Source of the DNA: Ignavibacteria bacterium
GTDB taxonomy: Bacteria > Bacteroidota > Ignavibacteria > Ignavibacteriales > Melioribacteraceae
Assembly (NCBI GenBank): GCA_012719345.1
Contig: JAAYAN010000190.1
Coordinates: forward strand, 10-64,009
Length of the DNA: 64,000 bases
Direction: 5' to 3'
Part shown: piece by piece, positions 44,947 to 54,475 of the stretch
How positions within the stretch are numbered: position 1 is the stretch's first letter
Layout of the letters: each line of letters opens with the position of its first letter
Translations under genes and position numbers: made by a program
Notes under the pieces: generated by a model
What the model was told of the DNA's origin: nothing
Seen by the model: only the letters and a program-made list of their open reading frames with translations
Database searches by the model: none

Positions 44947-45366
44947 GTGACTTTTATAGAAAATCCCCAGATTTATTTACGGATGACAATAAGTATTCTT
45001 GTTTTTCTTGCCGGATTTTTTCTTCTGCCTGATTTTATAAAAAACAGTGAGACTTTTTGGCTGTTTTATATTGTTTCAGTTATTTATGGTTTTATTAAGC
45101 AAATTGACAAAAGTATTGAAAAAATTCACGGTATATTTACCGTTTCAAAAATTATTCTCTGGGGCTATATGGGTGCTGGCGCAGGTAATTTAATTAGTAA
45201 TACCGGTAAAATATTGCATATCCCTTTCAGTTATCATTTTAATCCGTGTTTTATCTATAAACAATTTTCAAGCGGGAACCCTTTAATTTTATTAGGATTT
45301 GTTACCGGAATATTAACTTATATAATAATCACAAAATATCTGAAAAATTATACAGGGAATTGTTGA
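44947..45366 (+). CDS. Hypothetical membrane protein (GTG start)
   Basis: It has four hydrophobic segments and no recognised family. Confidence 0.45.
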   Translation: MTFIENPQIYLRMTISILVFLAGFFLLPDFIKNSETFWLFYIVSVIYGFIKQIDKSIEKIHGIFTVSKIILWGYMGAGAGNLISNTGKILHIPFSYHFNPCFIYKQFSSGNPLILLGFVTGILTYIIITKYLKNYTGNC

Positions 45367-45558
45367 TGTATTTGCAAGTACAATGAAAGAATTTTAATAA
45401 TAAATTTTATATAGGATTAAAAATATAAAAACAATATCTGATATTTATGTATGCGCTTAGAAAAAGCTTACCGAAATCTTTTTTAAAAAGATAATAATAA
45501 TTTGCCTAATCAATATGTTTTTGGTATTTTACACATACTCAAATTAGTTTAGAGTAAA

Positions 45559-46365
45559 ATGAATTTGTCAGAGGAAGATTATAGGTTATTGCAAAAAGCA
45601 GCCGATATTCTTGAAAATCCTTCCTTAACAGCCAAAATTACTGATTTTATTGGAACCCCGGTTGAAAAAGCATTTCAGTATTTACCGGCAAAATGGAATG
45701 AACGGATAGGCGGCATTACACAAGCGGCATTGCGGAAAGCTTTGGAAATTTCCATTTACAGTATGAAGAATATGAGAGGGAAGTTTTCTTCGAACCGATT
45801 CCATAAAATAATCTCAGGGGCAAGCGGTGCTGTGGGCGGCGCTTTCGGACTTGCGGCTCTGTCGATAGAATTGCCTGTTTCTACAACAATTATGCTCAGA
45901 TCCATTGCTGATATTGCACGAAGCGAAGGAGAAGACATAAATTCAGTTGAAGCTCAGCTTTCTTGTCTGGAAGTTTTTGCTCTCGGCGGTAAATCAGAAA
46001 AAGATGACAGTGCTGAAAGCGGTTATTTCACTGTGCGTCTTACACTTGCAAAATCAATATCCGAAATTACAAAGTATATTACAAAAAAAGGAATTGCCGA
46101 AGAAGGGACCCCTCTTTTAATAAGATTTATTGTAAAAGTTTCTACAAGATTCGGAATACAAGTATCGGAAAAGGCAGCTGCACAAGCTGTGCCTTTAATA
46201 GGAGCTGCAGGCGGTGCAATAATAAATCTCCTTTTTATCGATCATTTCCAGAATATTGCATGGGGGCATTTTACAATAAGAAGGCTGGAAAGAAAATACG
46301 GTCAGGAAGTTATTCGTAACGAATACGAGAACATAATGAGAAAAATTAATATCACTTTAAAATAA
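45559..46365 (+). CDS. EcsC-family protein (tentative)
   Basis: The pattern LENPS...FIGTPVEK..LP..W, Gly/Ala-rich segments and MLRSIADIARSEGEDI resemble EcsC-family proteins as I recall them. Confidence 0.5.
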   Translation: MNLSEEDYRLLQKAADILENPSLTAKITDFIGTPVEKAFQYLPAKWNERIGGITQAALRKALEISIYSMKNMRGKFSSNRFHKIISGASGAVGGAFGLAALSIELPVSTTIMLRSIADIARSEGEDINSVEAQLSCLEVFALGGKSEKDDSAESGYFTVRLTLAKSISEITKYITKKGIAEEGTPLLIRFIVKVSTRFGIQVSEKAAAQAVPLIGAAGGAIINLLFIDHFQNIAWGHFTIRRLERKYGQEVIRNEYENIMRKINITLK

Positions 46366-46585
46366 AAATATATTGTCTGAATTATTTGCTCTTGTTGATT
46401 TTAACCTACTTTAGTTGTTATTTTATCATTGAATAGGGTTTAACAAAATGCTTATTGCGCAAAGGCGGTTAAAGTAAAAAATATTGGTTTTTAAATTTAA
46501 TTTATGTTTTGTTAGGTCGATATAATTGGCTTTAACAAAAAAGAAATTAGATATATTTTAATATCAACTAATAAAAAGGAGCAAT

Positions 46586-46987
46586 ATGGATATTTTAGGA
46601 GCAATTAACTCGGCTTTGGGCAGCCAGCCTAAAAAACAAGATGACTTAATGTCAGTTGTTGCTAATCTTATCGGAGGACAAAGCGGCGGATTAAACGGAC
46701 TTTTAAGCCAGTTTGCAGCAAAAGGTTTGGGCGATGTTTTTGAATCCTGGATAGGTACAGGAAAAAATGCTTCAATCTCACCGAATCAGATTCAGGATGT
46801 TTTAGGCAGCGATCAGATTAAAAACATTGCATCAAAACTTGGTTTAAACTCAAACGATTTGTTAAATCAACTTTCCGGTATATTGCCGCAAGCCGTAGAT
46901 AAAATTACCCCAGAAGGAAAAATTCCACAAGGCGATATTTTAAGTCAAGGAATGGAAGTACTTGGCGGATTATTCGAAAAAAAATAA
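46586..46987 (+). CDS. YidB/DUF937-family protein
   Basis: Contains GLG..FESWIGTGKNASISPNQIQDVLGSDQI..IA.KLGL and ILPQAVDKITPEGKIP. Confidence 0.75.
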   Translation: MDILGAINSALGSQPKKQDDLMSVVANLIGGQSGGLNGLLSQFAAKGLGDVFESWIGTGKNASISPNQIQDVLGSDQIKNIASKLGLNSNDLLNQLSGILPQAVDKITPEGKIPQGDILSQGMEVLGGLFEKK

Positions 46988-47007
46988 AAACTATTAAAGG
47001 AGGATTT

Positions 47008-47388
47008 ATGTCTTTACAAGTAAAATATAGTCCTGTTGTTTCTTTAGCTAAAGAATTAAATATGCAGAATATTGATATTAAAGAAGACGCTGGTAAATTA
47101 AAAATATCAGGGACTACTGAAACACAATATGAAAAAAATCTAATTTGGGATAAAATTAAGGAAATTGCAGGAGATAAACCTGCTGACTTAGTTGCCGATA
47201 TTAAAGTAAGAAATACTGATTATTTGCATTTTCATACTGTTATAAGCGGCGATAATTTAAGCAAAATTTCAAAGCATTATTATAAAGATGCAAATAAATA
47301 TATGCTGATTTTCAATGCGAACAAAGACCAACTGTCAAATCCTGATATGATAAAAGTCGGTCAAAAACTTAAAATCCCAAATCCTTAA
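47008..47388 (+). CDS. BON-like plus LysM domain protein (YgaU/Kbp-like)
   Basis: The C-terminal LysM is HTVISGDNLSKISKHYY...IFNAN...NPDMIKVGQKLKIP. The N-terminal part contains a BON-like ISGTTETQYEKN segment. Confidence 0.7.
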   Translation: MSLQVKYSPVVSLAKELNMQNIDIKEDAGKLKISGTTETQYEKNLIWDKIKEIAGDKPADLVADIKVRNTDYLHFHTVISGDNLSKISKHYYKDANKYMLIFNANKDQLSNPDMIKVGQKLKIPNP

Positions 47389-47395
47389 TATTTAA

Positions 47396-47959
47396 ATGGA
47401 TTACGAAATAATTCTTACAGTTCTTATGGGAATTGGATTAAGCGCTTCGAGTGGTTTCAGAATATTTATCCCGTTTCTGCTGATAAGTATTGCTGCATTA
47501 ACGGGATATCTTTCTCTTTCAGATTCCTTTAGCTGGATAGGAACATATCCTGCATTAATTACTTTTAGCGTGGCAGTTATTCTGGAAATAGCAGCATATT
47601 ATATTCCTTGGGTTGATAACTTTCTGGATACAATTGCGTCCCCAATAGCAGTAATTGCCGGAATTGTGTTAATGGCTTCGGTAATTACAGGGATATCACC
47701 ATTATTGAAATGGGCTTTAGCAATTATTGCCGGAGGAGGAGTTGCTGCAACAATACAGTCCTTAACCGGGATAGTTCGAGCTACATCATCTGTAACAACA
47801 GGCGGAATTGGTAATTCTGTGGTTTCATCTATTGAACTAGGCGGTTCTGTTGTTATGGCAATAGCTGCAATGCTTGTTCCTGTAATTGCTTTTGCAGTTG
47901 TAGTTGTTTTAACCCTTTTAAGTTTAAGGTTTTTATTTAAGAAAATAAACCAAAATTAA
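47396..47959 (+). CDS. DUF4126-family membrane protein
   Basis: It is a Gly/Ala-rich multi-TM protein with the pattern GFRIFIPFL, IPWVDNFLDTI. Confidence 0.6.
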   Translation: MDYEIILTVLMGIGLSASSGFRIFIPFLLISIAALTGYLSLSDSFSWIGTYPALITFSVAVILEIAAYYIPWVDNFLDTIASPIAVIAGIVLMASVITGISPLLKWALAIIAGGGVAATIQSLTGIVRATSSVTTGGIGNSVVSSIELGGSVVMAIAAMLVPVIAFAVVVVLTLLSLRFLFKKINQN

Positions 47960-47986
47960 TCAATTTTAAAAATTCGAGGTTACAAA

Positions 47987-48241
47987 ATGTCGATTATTTG
48001 GACAATCATTATAGGTTTAATTGCCGGAGCTTTGGCAAAGTTTATTATGCCGGGTAAAGACCCCGGAGGTATTATTATTACAATACTAATTGGTATTGCC
48101 GGTTCGGTTATATTTTATTTTTTAGGAAAATTTATTGGAATATACGAACAAGGTGAAACTGCAGGATTTATTGGAGCAACAATAGGGGCTATAATTCTTT
48201 TGGCAATTTACAGAATATTCAAAAAGAAAAGTGCCGCATAA
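47987..48241 (+). CDS. GlsB/YeaQ/YmgE-family stress membrane protein
   Basis: The 84 aa protein contains IIGLIAGALAKFIMPGKDPGG and GIAGS. Confidence 0.8.
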   Translation: MSIIWTIIIGLIAGALAKFIMPGKDPGGIIITILIGIAGSVIFYFLGKFIGIYEQGETAGFIGATIGAIILLAIYRIFKKKSAA

Positions 48242-48285
48242 TATTTTAATACTCCGGGTCTGGATGTTTTATAAGATCCGGAATT

Positions 48286-50205
48286 CTAATTGGCCAAGGC
48301 AAGTTTAACATAAAATATTGTTCCTTTACCTGGTTCCGATTCAACTTTTATATCTCCCTTATGGACTTGAACGAACTGTCTGCATATTGATAATCCTAAT
48401 CCCGAACCGGCAATATCGGTTGCATTTTTTGTACGGTAAAAAGGTTCGAAAATGTGTTTAATTTCTCCTTCAGGGATTCCCATCCCTTCATCTTTTACTT
48501 CGAAGTAGATGAATTCTTTATCTATTTCAACTTTTAAAATAATATCTTTTCCAGCAGGACTGAATTTGATTGCATTTGATAACAGGTTATCTAAAATGTG
48601 GTTGATTATTTTTAAATCGGCGTTTACCTCAAAATTACACTCCTCAAAAACAACATTTATTTGATGCGAATTTTTACAGTTTAATCTTTCTTTTTCTGCA
48701 AGCTCTAATATAGCTTGTTTTAAATTAAAACTGATTGGGTTAAAAGATAGTTTACCTCTGTCAGCTCTGCTTAATGTAAGTATATCATTAAGCATTTCAA
48801 CCATTTCTAATACAGAAATTTGAATTGAGTTTATATATTGCAGATATTTTTCTTCGTCCCAGTTTCGTCCATATAGTTCAAGAAGATCTGTAGAAGACAA
48901 TATCGATGTAAGTGGAGTCCGGAATTCGTGAGATACAAGCGAAATAAAACTATTTTTCATTTCGTTAAGCTGTTTTTCCTGCTCTAAGGCTTCATACATT
49001 TTTTGTTGTAGAATTTTCTGATCGGTTATGTCAATTGTAAGACCCACTATCCCTTCGGGGTTTTTTGTGTCATCGCCGTAAGCAGTTTTATAAACCAGCA
49101 CATACCGGATTATACCGTTTCTGTCTTCCATAGAGGTTTCATAAACTATTTTACCAGCATTTTCTAAAAGAGTTTTATCAACTTTATCAGATTTTCGCTT
49201 TAATTCTTCTTTTAAAATACTTCCCACATCTTTCCCGATGATTTCATTTCTGCAGATTTCGTAATAATCTTCGAAGGATTTGTTAACATCGGTAAACCAT
49301 CCTTTCTTATCTTTAACAAAAACAGGATGAGGAATAGTATTTATTAGTGTGCGAAGAAAAATATTCTGAATGCGAAATTCTTCAGTCCTTTCCTTAACAA
49401 TAGATTCAAGATTGTTTTTATAGTTTTCCAATTCTTTATTTCTTTTTTCTAACTCTTTGTTTTGCTCATTTATAGAGATGTCATAATTATTCGAACGCTT
49501 ATTGTAGAAAAAAAGAGCAATTAATCCGAGTGATAGAATTAAAGCATAAAGTATTGTTTCTTTCTTTTTATAAATATCTATTGAGTTAATGTATGAGTTG
49601 AAAGGAAGTGAAACAGAAATACCGCCTATTATATCGCCTGATTTATAACCTTGCTGGGCGTGACACTTCAGGCAGGAGTTTCCGGCAACAAAAGGGGCAA
49701 TGTATCTGAGATATACATTCGAATCTTTGTGTTCAAGTGAATGAAATTCTTTTTCCCCTTTGGTCAAATGAGTTAATGCTTCCTTTTCCCAATCGTCTGC
49801 TTTGTTTAATGGATTAAGCGGTTTAAAACTTGTTATATGCGTTTCAATTCCTGATTGGTTATTTTGATGGTATACAAGTCTGGAAATAGAAGCCGGATTA
49901 AGCAATTTAAGTCTTTCTCCTGAATTTGTAATAATCGCATTATCCTTAACAGAGATATTAGTGTTTGATGCTAATGAATCAGAAATTTTAATGTAAATGT
50001 TTTTTTGACAAGAAGCCCATCCTCTATAAAGTTTATCTATTCTGAATCTGTTGCGTGCTTCATTTAAAGCTAAGTTGTACACATTATTTTCAATATGAGA
50101 AATACTTTTAAAATACGATATAGATATTCCTGCTGTCCAGATTACTGCAAAAGTTATTATTATTGACTTACGCTTTTTTATTTTTTCGGCTATATTAGTA
50201 GTCAT
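48286..50205 (-). CDS. Sensor histidine kinase with a DUF3365-like periplasmic domain carrying a CxxCH motif
   Basis: It has an N-terminal TM, a NSCLKCH heme-c-type motif followed by GGISVSLP, a second TM, a coiled coil and a PAS domain. The H-box is SLVSHEFRTP, with a HATPase_c domain (DEGMGI, GSGLGL). Confidence 0.8.
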   Translation of the reverse strand: MTTNIAEKIKKRKSIIITFAVIWTAGISISYFKSISHIENNVYNLALNEARNRFRIDKLYRGWASCQKNIYIKISDSLASNTNISVKDNAIITNSGERLKLLNPASISRLVYHQNNQSGIETHITSFKPLNPLNKADDWEKEALTHLTKGEKEFHSLEHKDSNVYLRYIAPFVAGNSCLKCHAQQGYKSGDIIGGISVSLPFNSYINSIDIYKKKETILYALILSLGLIALFFYNKRSNNYDISINEQNKELEKRNKELENYKNNLESIVKERTEEFRIQNIFLRTLINTIPHPVFVKDKKGWFTDVNKSFEDYYEICRNEIIGKDVGSILKEELKRKSDKVDKTLLENAGKIVYETSMEDRNGIIRYVLVYKTAYGDDTKNPEGIVGLTIDITDQKILQQKMYEALEQEKQLNEMKNSFISLVSHEFRTPLTSILSSTDLLELYGRNWDEEKYLQYINSIQISVLEMVEMLNDILTLSRADRGKLSFNPISFNLKQAILELAEKERLNCKNSHQINVVFEECNFEVNADLKIINHILDNLLSNAIKFSPAGKDIILKVEIDKEFIYFEVKDEGMGIPEGEIKHIFEPFYRTKNATDIAGSGLGLSICRQFVQVHKGDIKVESEPGKGTIFYVKLALAN

Positions 50206-50329
50206 TATTGTCCGGATAAATTCATTTTGATAATCGGATAAACAAATAAAATACTTAAGTAAAAATTCGAGAATAGGTTAGCTCTGTTGTTTAAATAGTT
50301 AATTTTAAAGGTTTAACTTTGCAGGAAAA

Positions 50330-51439
50330 ATGTTAAAAAAGTTTATCATATTTTTTTCTATTATCACAATTATCGGATCTTGCAAGGATGGGAATAAATC
50401 AGTTGAACCTGAGGAAACAGTTGAAGTTTTTAATCCGCTTACAAATCCGCTGGATGGTCCGCCCGCCGGTAATCCCGATGGGAAATATCCGATTCCAATT
50501 TCTGCCGGACTTGCAGATATTTCCAAACCCGCTCACATAATTGGAACCGGAACGCCTGAAAGCTGCACTGCTGAGGATTTTATAAATGCAGTTGCGCAGG
50601 GCGGAGTAATTGTTTTTAATACCGGCGGAGAGCCTGTTACAATTACTTTAGACAGACCTGCAAAAATATTCAATAATAAAAAGCCGGATGTTGTTATTGA
50701 TGGCGGCGGACTTGTAACATTAAGCGGCGGCGGAGCAACACGCATTTTGTATATGAATACCTGCGATAAAAATCAAGTATGGACAACTTCTCATTGCCAG
50801 AATCAGGACAGCCCGAGATTGACTGTGCAGAACCTGACATTTATTGACGGCAACTCGAAAAATGAAAAAGAGTTTGATGGCGGCGGCGCAATTTGGGTGC
50901 GCGGCGGAAGATTTAAAATTGTTAATTGCAGATTTTTTAATAATGTCTGCGCATCAACCGGACCCGATGTTGGAGGGGCAGCAGTGCGCGTTTTCAGTCA
51001 GTATAATAATCAGCCGGTTTATGTTGTTAATTCAACATTCGGCGGAAAAGAAGGTTATGGCAACACTGGTTCAAACGGCGGCGGTATAAGCAGCATCGGA
51101 GTTTCGTGGACGATTATAAATTGCCTTTTCTCGCATAATAAAGCAATCGGGAACGGGGCAAATCCAGCGCAGGCTGGTACTCCGGGCGGCGGCAGCGGCG
51201 GCGCAATTTATAATGACGGAAACACAATGACATTAAAAATATTAGGCACTTTAATAGAAAAGAATGAAGTTAACGCTCACGGTTCGGCAGTGTTTTTTGT
51301 AACCAATGATTTGTCCGGAAATATTGTAATAGATAACTCCGTAATTCGCAACAATAAAGGCGGCTCGTGGTATGCGCTTCCGGGCATTTCTATGCACGAT
51401 GAAACCCGCATAGAAGTTACAAATTCGGTTATAGAGTGA
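50330..51439 (+). CDS. Secreted lipoprotein with parallel beta-helix / Pmp-like GGxI repeats
   Basis: The lipobox is IIGSC. Repeated GGGAIW, GGAAVRV, GGGISS and GGAIYNDGN turns are present. Confidence 0.55.
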   Translation: MLKKFIIFFSIITIIGSCKDGNKSVEPEETVEVFNPLTNPLDGPPAGNPDGKYPIPISAGLADISKPAHIIGTGTPESCTAEDFINAVAQGGVIVFNTGGEPVTITLDRPAKIFNNKKPDVVIDGGGLVTLSGGGATRILYMNTCDKNQVWTTSHCQNQDSPRLTVQNLTFIDGNSKNEKEFDGGGAIWVRGGRFKIVNCRFFNNVCASTGPDVGGAAVRVFSQYNNQPVYVVNSTFGGKEGYGNTGSNGGGISSIGVSWTIINCLFSHNKAIGNGANPAQAGTPGGGSGGAIYNDGNTMTLKILGTLIEKNEVNAHGSAVFFVTNDLSGNIVIDNSVIRNNKGGSWYALPGISMHDETRIEVTNSVIE

Positions 51440-51471
51440 AAAAATGACCAAAAGTCAGAAATTATTAAATT

Positions 51472-52326
51472 ATGTTAGCTTGGTTAATTATGAAAGCATT
51501 TTATAAACTATTGTATTTATCGATTTTCTTTTCCCTTAACTTTTCTGCCTGCGAAAGCAAATCCAATTTTATTGAAGATAAAATGAACGCAAAAGAGAAT
51601 TCCCATTACGCAAAAATTATAGATACAACTCTTTTCAGCCTGGTAATTGGCGACAGCATTAAACTCGAAATCAGTCTGCCGTGCAAATACAAAAAAGAAA
51701 AAAGTTACCCCGTAATATATATGACCGACGGCTATTGGCGGAGGGAGGAACACGATTCAATTCATAGACTGGGCTTTATTGGAAAACTCCCTGAAGTAAT
51801 TGTTGCTGCAATCGGGTACCCTGATGGATACGATTATGGTGAAATACGCAAGCGTGATTTGATTGTTCATTCCGATAGATTCTTAAAATGTATTAAAGAT
51901 GAAATTATTCCGTACGTAGAAAATAAGTACAAAATACTTCCGGAAGAAAGAACGCTATGGGGTTCTTCATTTGGAGGACATTTTCTTATTTACGCATTTA
52001 CTCAGCATATAAATTCCGGAGAATTATTTAAGAATTATATTTGTGCAAGTCCTGCTCTTAACCCCGAAATGGAGCATAGCGATTTAATTGCAAACGAGCA
52101 GAAATTATGGGAAAGCACGCGAAATTTGCCTGTAAATCTTTACATTGCTGTAGGGGGAGACGAAACGGAACTTTTCCTGGATTCTTATAAAAATATTGTA
52201 GAAATGATAAAAATACATCCATATAAACATTTCCGATTTGAATATGAAATAATTCCGGGTACACATCATCATTCAGTCTGGAAACCGGCTTTATTTAACG
52301 GACTGAAGTTGTTTCTGAAAAATTAG
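51472..52326 (+). CDS. Alpha/beta hydrolase, 'putative esterase' (IroE/Fes-like) family
   Basis: Contains YPVIYMTDG and the nucleophile elbow GSSFGG, with a His near the C-terminus. Confidence 0.7.
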   Translation: MLAWLIMKAFYKLLYLSIFFSLNFSACESKSNFIEDKMNAKENSHYAKIIDTTLFSLVIGDSIKLEISLPCKYKKEKSYPVIYMTDGYWRREEHDSIHRLGFIGKLPEVIVAAIGYPDGYDYGEIRKRDLIVHSDRFLKCIKDEIIPYVENKYKILPEERTLWGSSFGGHFLIYAFTQHINSGELFKNYICASPALNPEMEHSDLIANEQKLWESTRNLPVNLYIAVGGDETELFLDSYKNIVEMIKIHPYKHFRFEYEIIPGTHHHSVWKPALFNGLKLFLKN

Positions 52327-52421
52327 TTGATTTAGTAAGCTCGTATTTATTATTTAAATAATTACCAATTATTATAATCAGTTTCTCGAATTTATTTCAC
52401 AGTAATATCGGCATAAACTAT

Positions 52422-52826
52422 ATGCTAAGGGAGTATATGTCCGTGGGTTTAGAGTTTACACAGGTATATATTACTGATGATATTAACCAAGTTTTGGGGT
52501 TAGGCATAAGACCATTTTTCAGATTTTATCCTGTTAACAATGAAAATTTCAAATTATATTTTTCAAGTGGCGCGGGGTTGATTTACTTTTTTAAAAACTA
52601 TCCCAAACCATCCGGCTTTTTCGGGGATTTGCGTGAAGGAACAAAATTGAACGGCTGTCCGAAATATGGAATAGGGGCGGAAATAAAAATAAGTTCAAAA
52701 ATTAACATCAATGCCGGGTTGTGGCATTATCACTTCTCCAATGGTAATAATCCAAATTTTGAACGTAATCCCGGACACGATAGCAATGGGTTTTCGGTTG
52801 GACTGACATTTAACCCCGGGAAATAA
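52422..52826 (+). CDS. PagL-like acyloxyacyl hydrolase family fragment (no signal peptide; possibly 5'-truncated)
   Basis: The C-terminal HYHFSNG..NPG.DSNGFSVGLTF matches the lipid A deacylase-like HxSN motif. There is no in-frame ATG or signal sequence upstream before a stop codon. Confidence 0.45.
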   Translation: MLREYMSVGLEFTQVYITDDINQVLGLGIRPFFRFYPVNNENFKLYFSSGAGLIYFFKNYPKPSGFFGDLREGTKLNGCPKYGIGAEIKISSKININAGLWHYHFSNGNNPNFERNPGHDSNGFSVGLTFNPGK

Positions 52827-52932
52827 ATCTATTGAAAAAAATAAAAAATAATTTAAACAGACCTATAAATTACCGATTATGTATTTATATTAGCGGAAAT
52901 TAAATATATCATTAACCAAATTGAGGTAACAG

Positions 52933-54081
52933 ATGAAAAAGTATTTACTGGGATTATTTAAATTTTATTTAGTCAGTATCATTATTACTGGAAATATATT
53001 TGCGCAGTATCCGGCAAATCTATTTTGTAATGGAGAAGCAGGGGCACACAATCCAATAGGTGGGATCTATTATTATGCAGATTGGATAACAAATGTAACT
53101 TTTGCCGGAATAAACAATAATTCGGAACAAGATGGATGGATTACAAGATATACTTCGGTTACCGGAAGTGTACACAGGGGTGAAACCTATAGTCTTTCTG
53201 TAACAGTCAATACCACAGGAGCTGATTTTAGTTGGCAATATATTGCCGCTTACATCGATTGGAATAATGACGGTGATTGTGGAACAAGATCTGGGGAATC
53301 AATCGCTGATGCAGGGGAAGTATATTTGCTTGGACAGGGGGCAAGCCATCCGGCTACAATGACTTATAATATTACGATTCCAAACGATGCCGCTTTGGGA
53401 ATTACTTGGCTTCGTATAATGCTTGATGGTGACACACCTGGGGGTGAGGGCGATTATCAGTGTTATGTTGGATATGGAGAAATAAAAGATTTTCCAATTG
53501 AAATACAAGAAGCGCTTCCAGTAGAGCTTACCTCATTTTCCGCTTCGGTTGAACAAAACGCAGTTACATTAAACTGGCAGACAGCAACGGAAGTGAATAA
53601 TTACGGATTTAGTGTAGAGTGCAAAGTGCAGAGTGCAGAGTGGAAAGAGATCGGTTTTGTAGAAGGAGCTGGGAATTCGAACAGTCCAAAAGAATATTCA
53701 TTCACTGATAATCTTACTCTTACTCATACTTCTTACTCTTATAGGTTGAAGCAAATCGATATCGACGGGAAATTTACATATTCAAAAGAAATAACAGTAG
53801 ATGCAGCATCTCAGCCAACAGAATTTGCATTGAAACAAAACTATCCGAATCCGTTTAATCCGGCTACAAAGATAGAATTCTCAATCCCGGCAGAAAGCAA
53901 TGTTGAGATAAAAGTATATAACATTCTCGGAATGGAAGTAGCTACCTTGCTGAACGAACACAAAACAGCAGGAACACACAATGTTGAATTCAACGCAAAC
54001 GCACTTTCCAGCGGAATTTACTTCTACAAAATCACAAGCGGCAACTTTTCAGCAATTAAAAAGATGACGCTGCTAAGATAA
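52933..54081 (+). CDS. T9SS-sorted secreted protein with a GEVED-like domain
   Basis: It has a signal peptide and a GEIKDFPIEI motif (GEVED-type). It then has the shared C-terminal module and a Por-type tail (NYPNPFNP..IEFSIP...GIYFYKI). Confidence 0.75.
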   Translation: MKKYLLGLFKFYLVSIIITGNIFAQYPANLFCNGEAGAHNPIGGIYYYADWITNVTFAGINNNSEQDGWITRYTSVTGSVHRGETYSLSVTVNTTGADFSWQYIAAYIDWNNDGDCGTRSGESIADAGEVYLLGQGASHPATMTYNITIPNDAALGITWLRIMLDGDTPGGEGDYQCYVGYGEIKDFPIEIQEALPVELTSFSASVEQNAVTLNWQTATEVNNYGFSVECKVQSAEWKEIGFVEGAGNSNSPKEYSFTDNLTLTHTSYSYRLKQIDIDGKFTYSKEITVDAASQPTEFALKQNYPNPFNPATKIEFSIPAESNVEIKVYNILGMEVATLLNEHKTAGTHNVEFNANALSSGIYFYKITSGNFSAIKKMTLLR

Positions 54082-54089
54082 AAGATTAA
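53509..54089 (+). repeat. ~580 bp direct repeat, copy 1 (shared 3' coding module)
   Basis: It is near-identical at the DNA level to 55934-56515. Both start at EALPVELTSFSASVEQNAVTLNWQTATEVNNYGF and run past the stop codon. Confidence 0.85.
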
Positions 54090-54102
54090 ATTTAAAAGAT
54101 AT

Positions 54103-54136
54103 AAAACAAAACCCCGGCTTCCCGGGGTTTTGTTTT
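54103..54136 (+). terminator. Intrinsic terminator
   Basis: AAAACAAAACCCCGG-cttc-CCGGGGTTTTGTTTT. Confidence 0.85.
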
Positions 54137-54145
54137 AAAGTAATA

Positions 54146-54240
54146 TTCCCCGTCAGCAGAGAAACACGCGAAAATGTCTCTCGGCTGTCTGGGTCGCACC
54201 CAGACAGGATGCCGATGTTGTGTTTGGTAAGAGTGACCTA
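54146..54240. ncRNA. GC-rich structured segment of unknown function (candidate small RNA or relic)
   Basis: It has a perfect 10-bp hairpin CTGTCTGGGT-cgc-ACCCAGACAG (54185-54207). An overlapping alternative stem is CAGCAGAGA...TCTCTCGGCTG. The segment is visibly GC-richer than the AT-rich spacer around it. Confidence 0.25.
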
Positions 54241-54475
54241 ATCTCCAGGAAATATTTATTTCGTTTAGAGAAATGTTACAGAATGGACAGAAATAAAGAA
54301 AATTGCAATAAAAATAATTAAAGCTTGATCTATGTCACAAGCTTATATTTATTGCCTTGTTTTGTTTTTTATTATTACTGTTTTACTTATTATTCTAATT
54401 GTTTTTTTCGCTATTTATTTATCGTTGAATTAAATTAAGCTTAAAATAAACTATTCTAAAAACGAAGGAAGATTT

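Noticed and set aside
46586-48241. Cluster of small proteins (YidB, BON/LysM, DUF4126, YeaQ) considered as an unknown system
   Set aside because: All four belong to families commonly found together in general or osmotic stress regulons. No enzymatic or nucleic-acid-targeting component is present.
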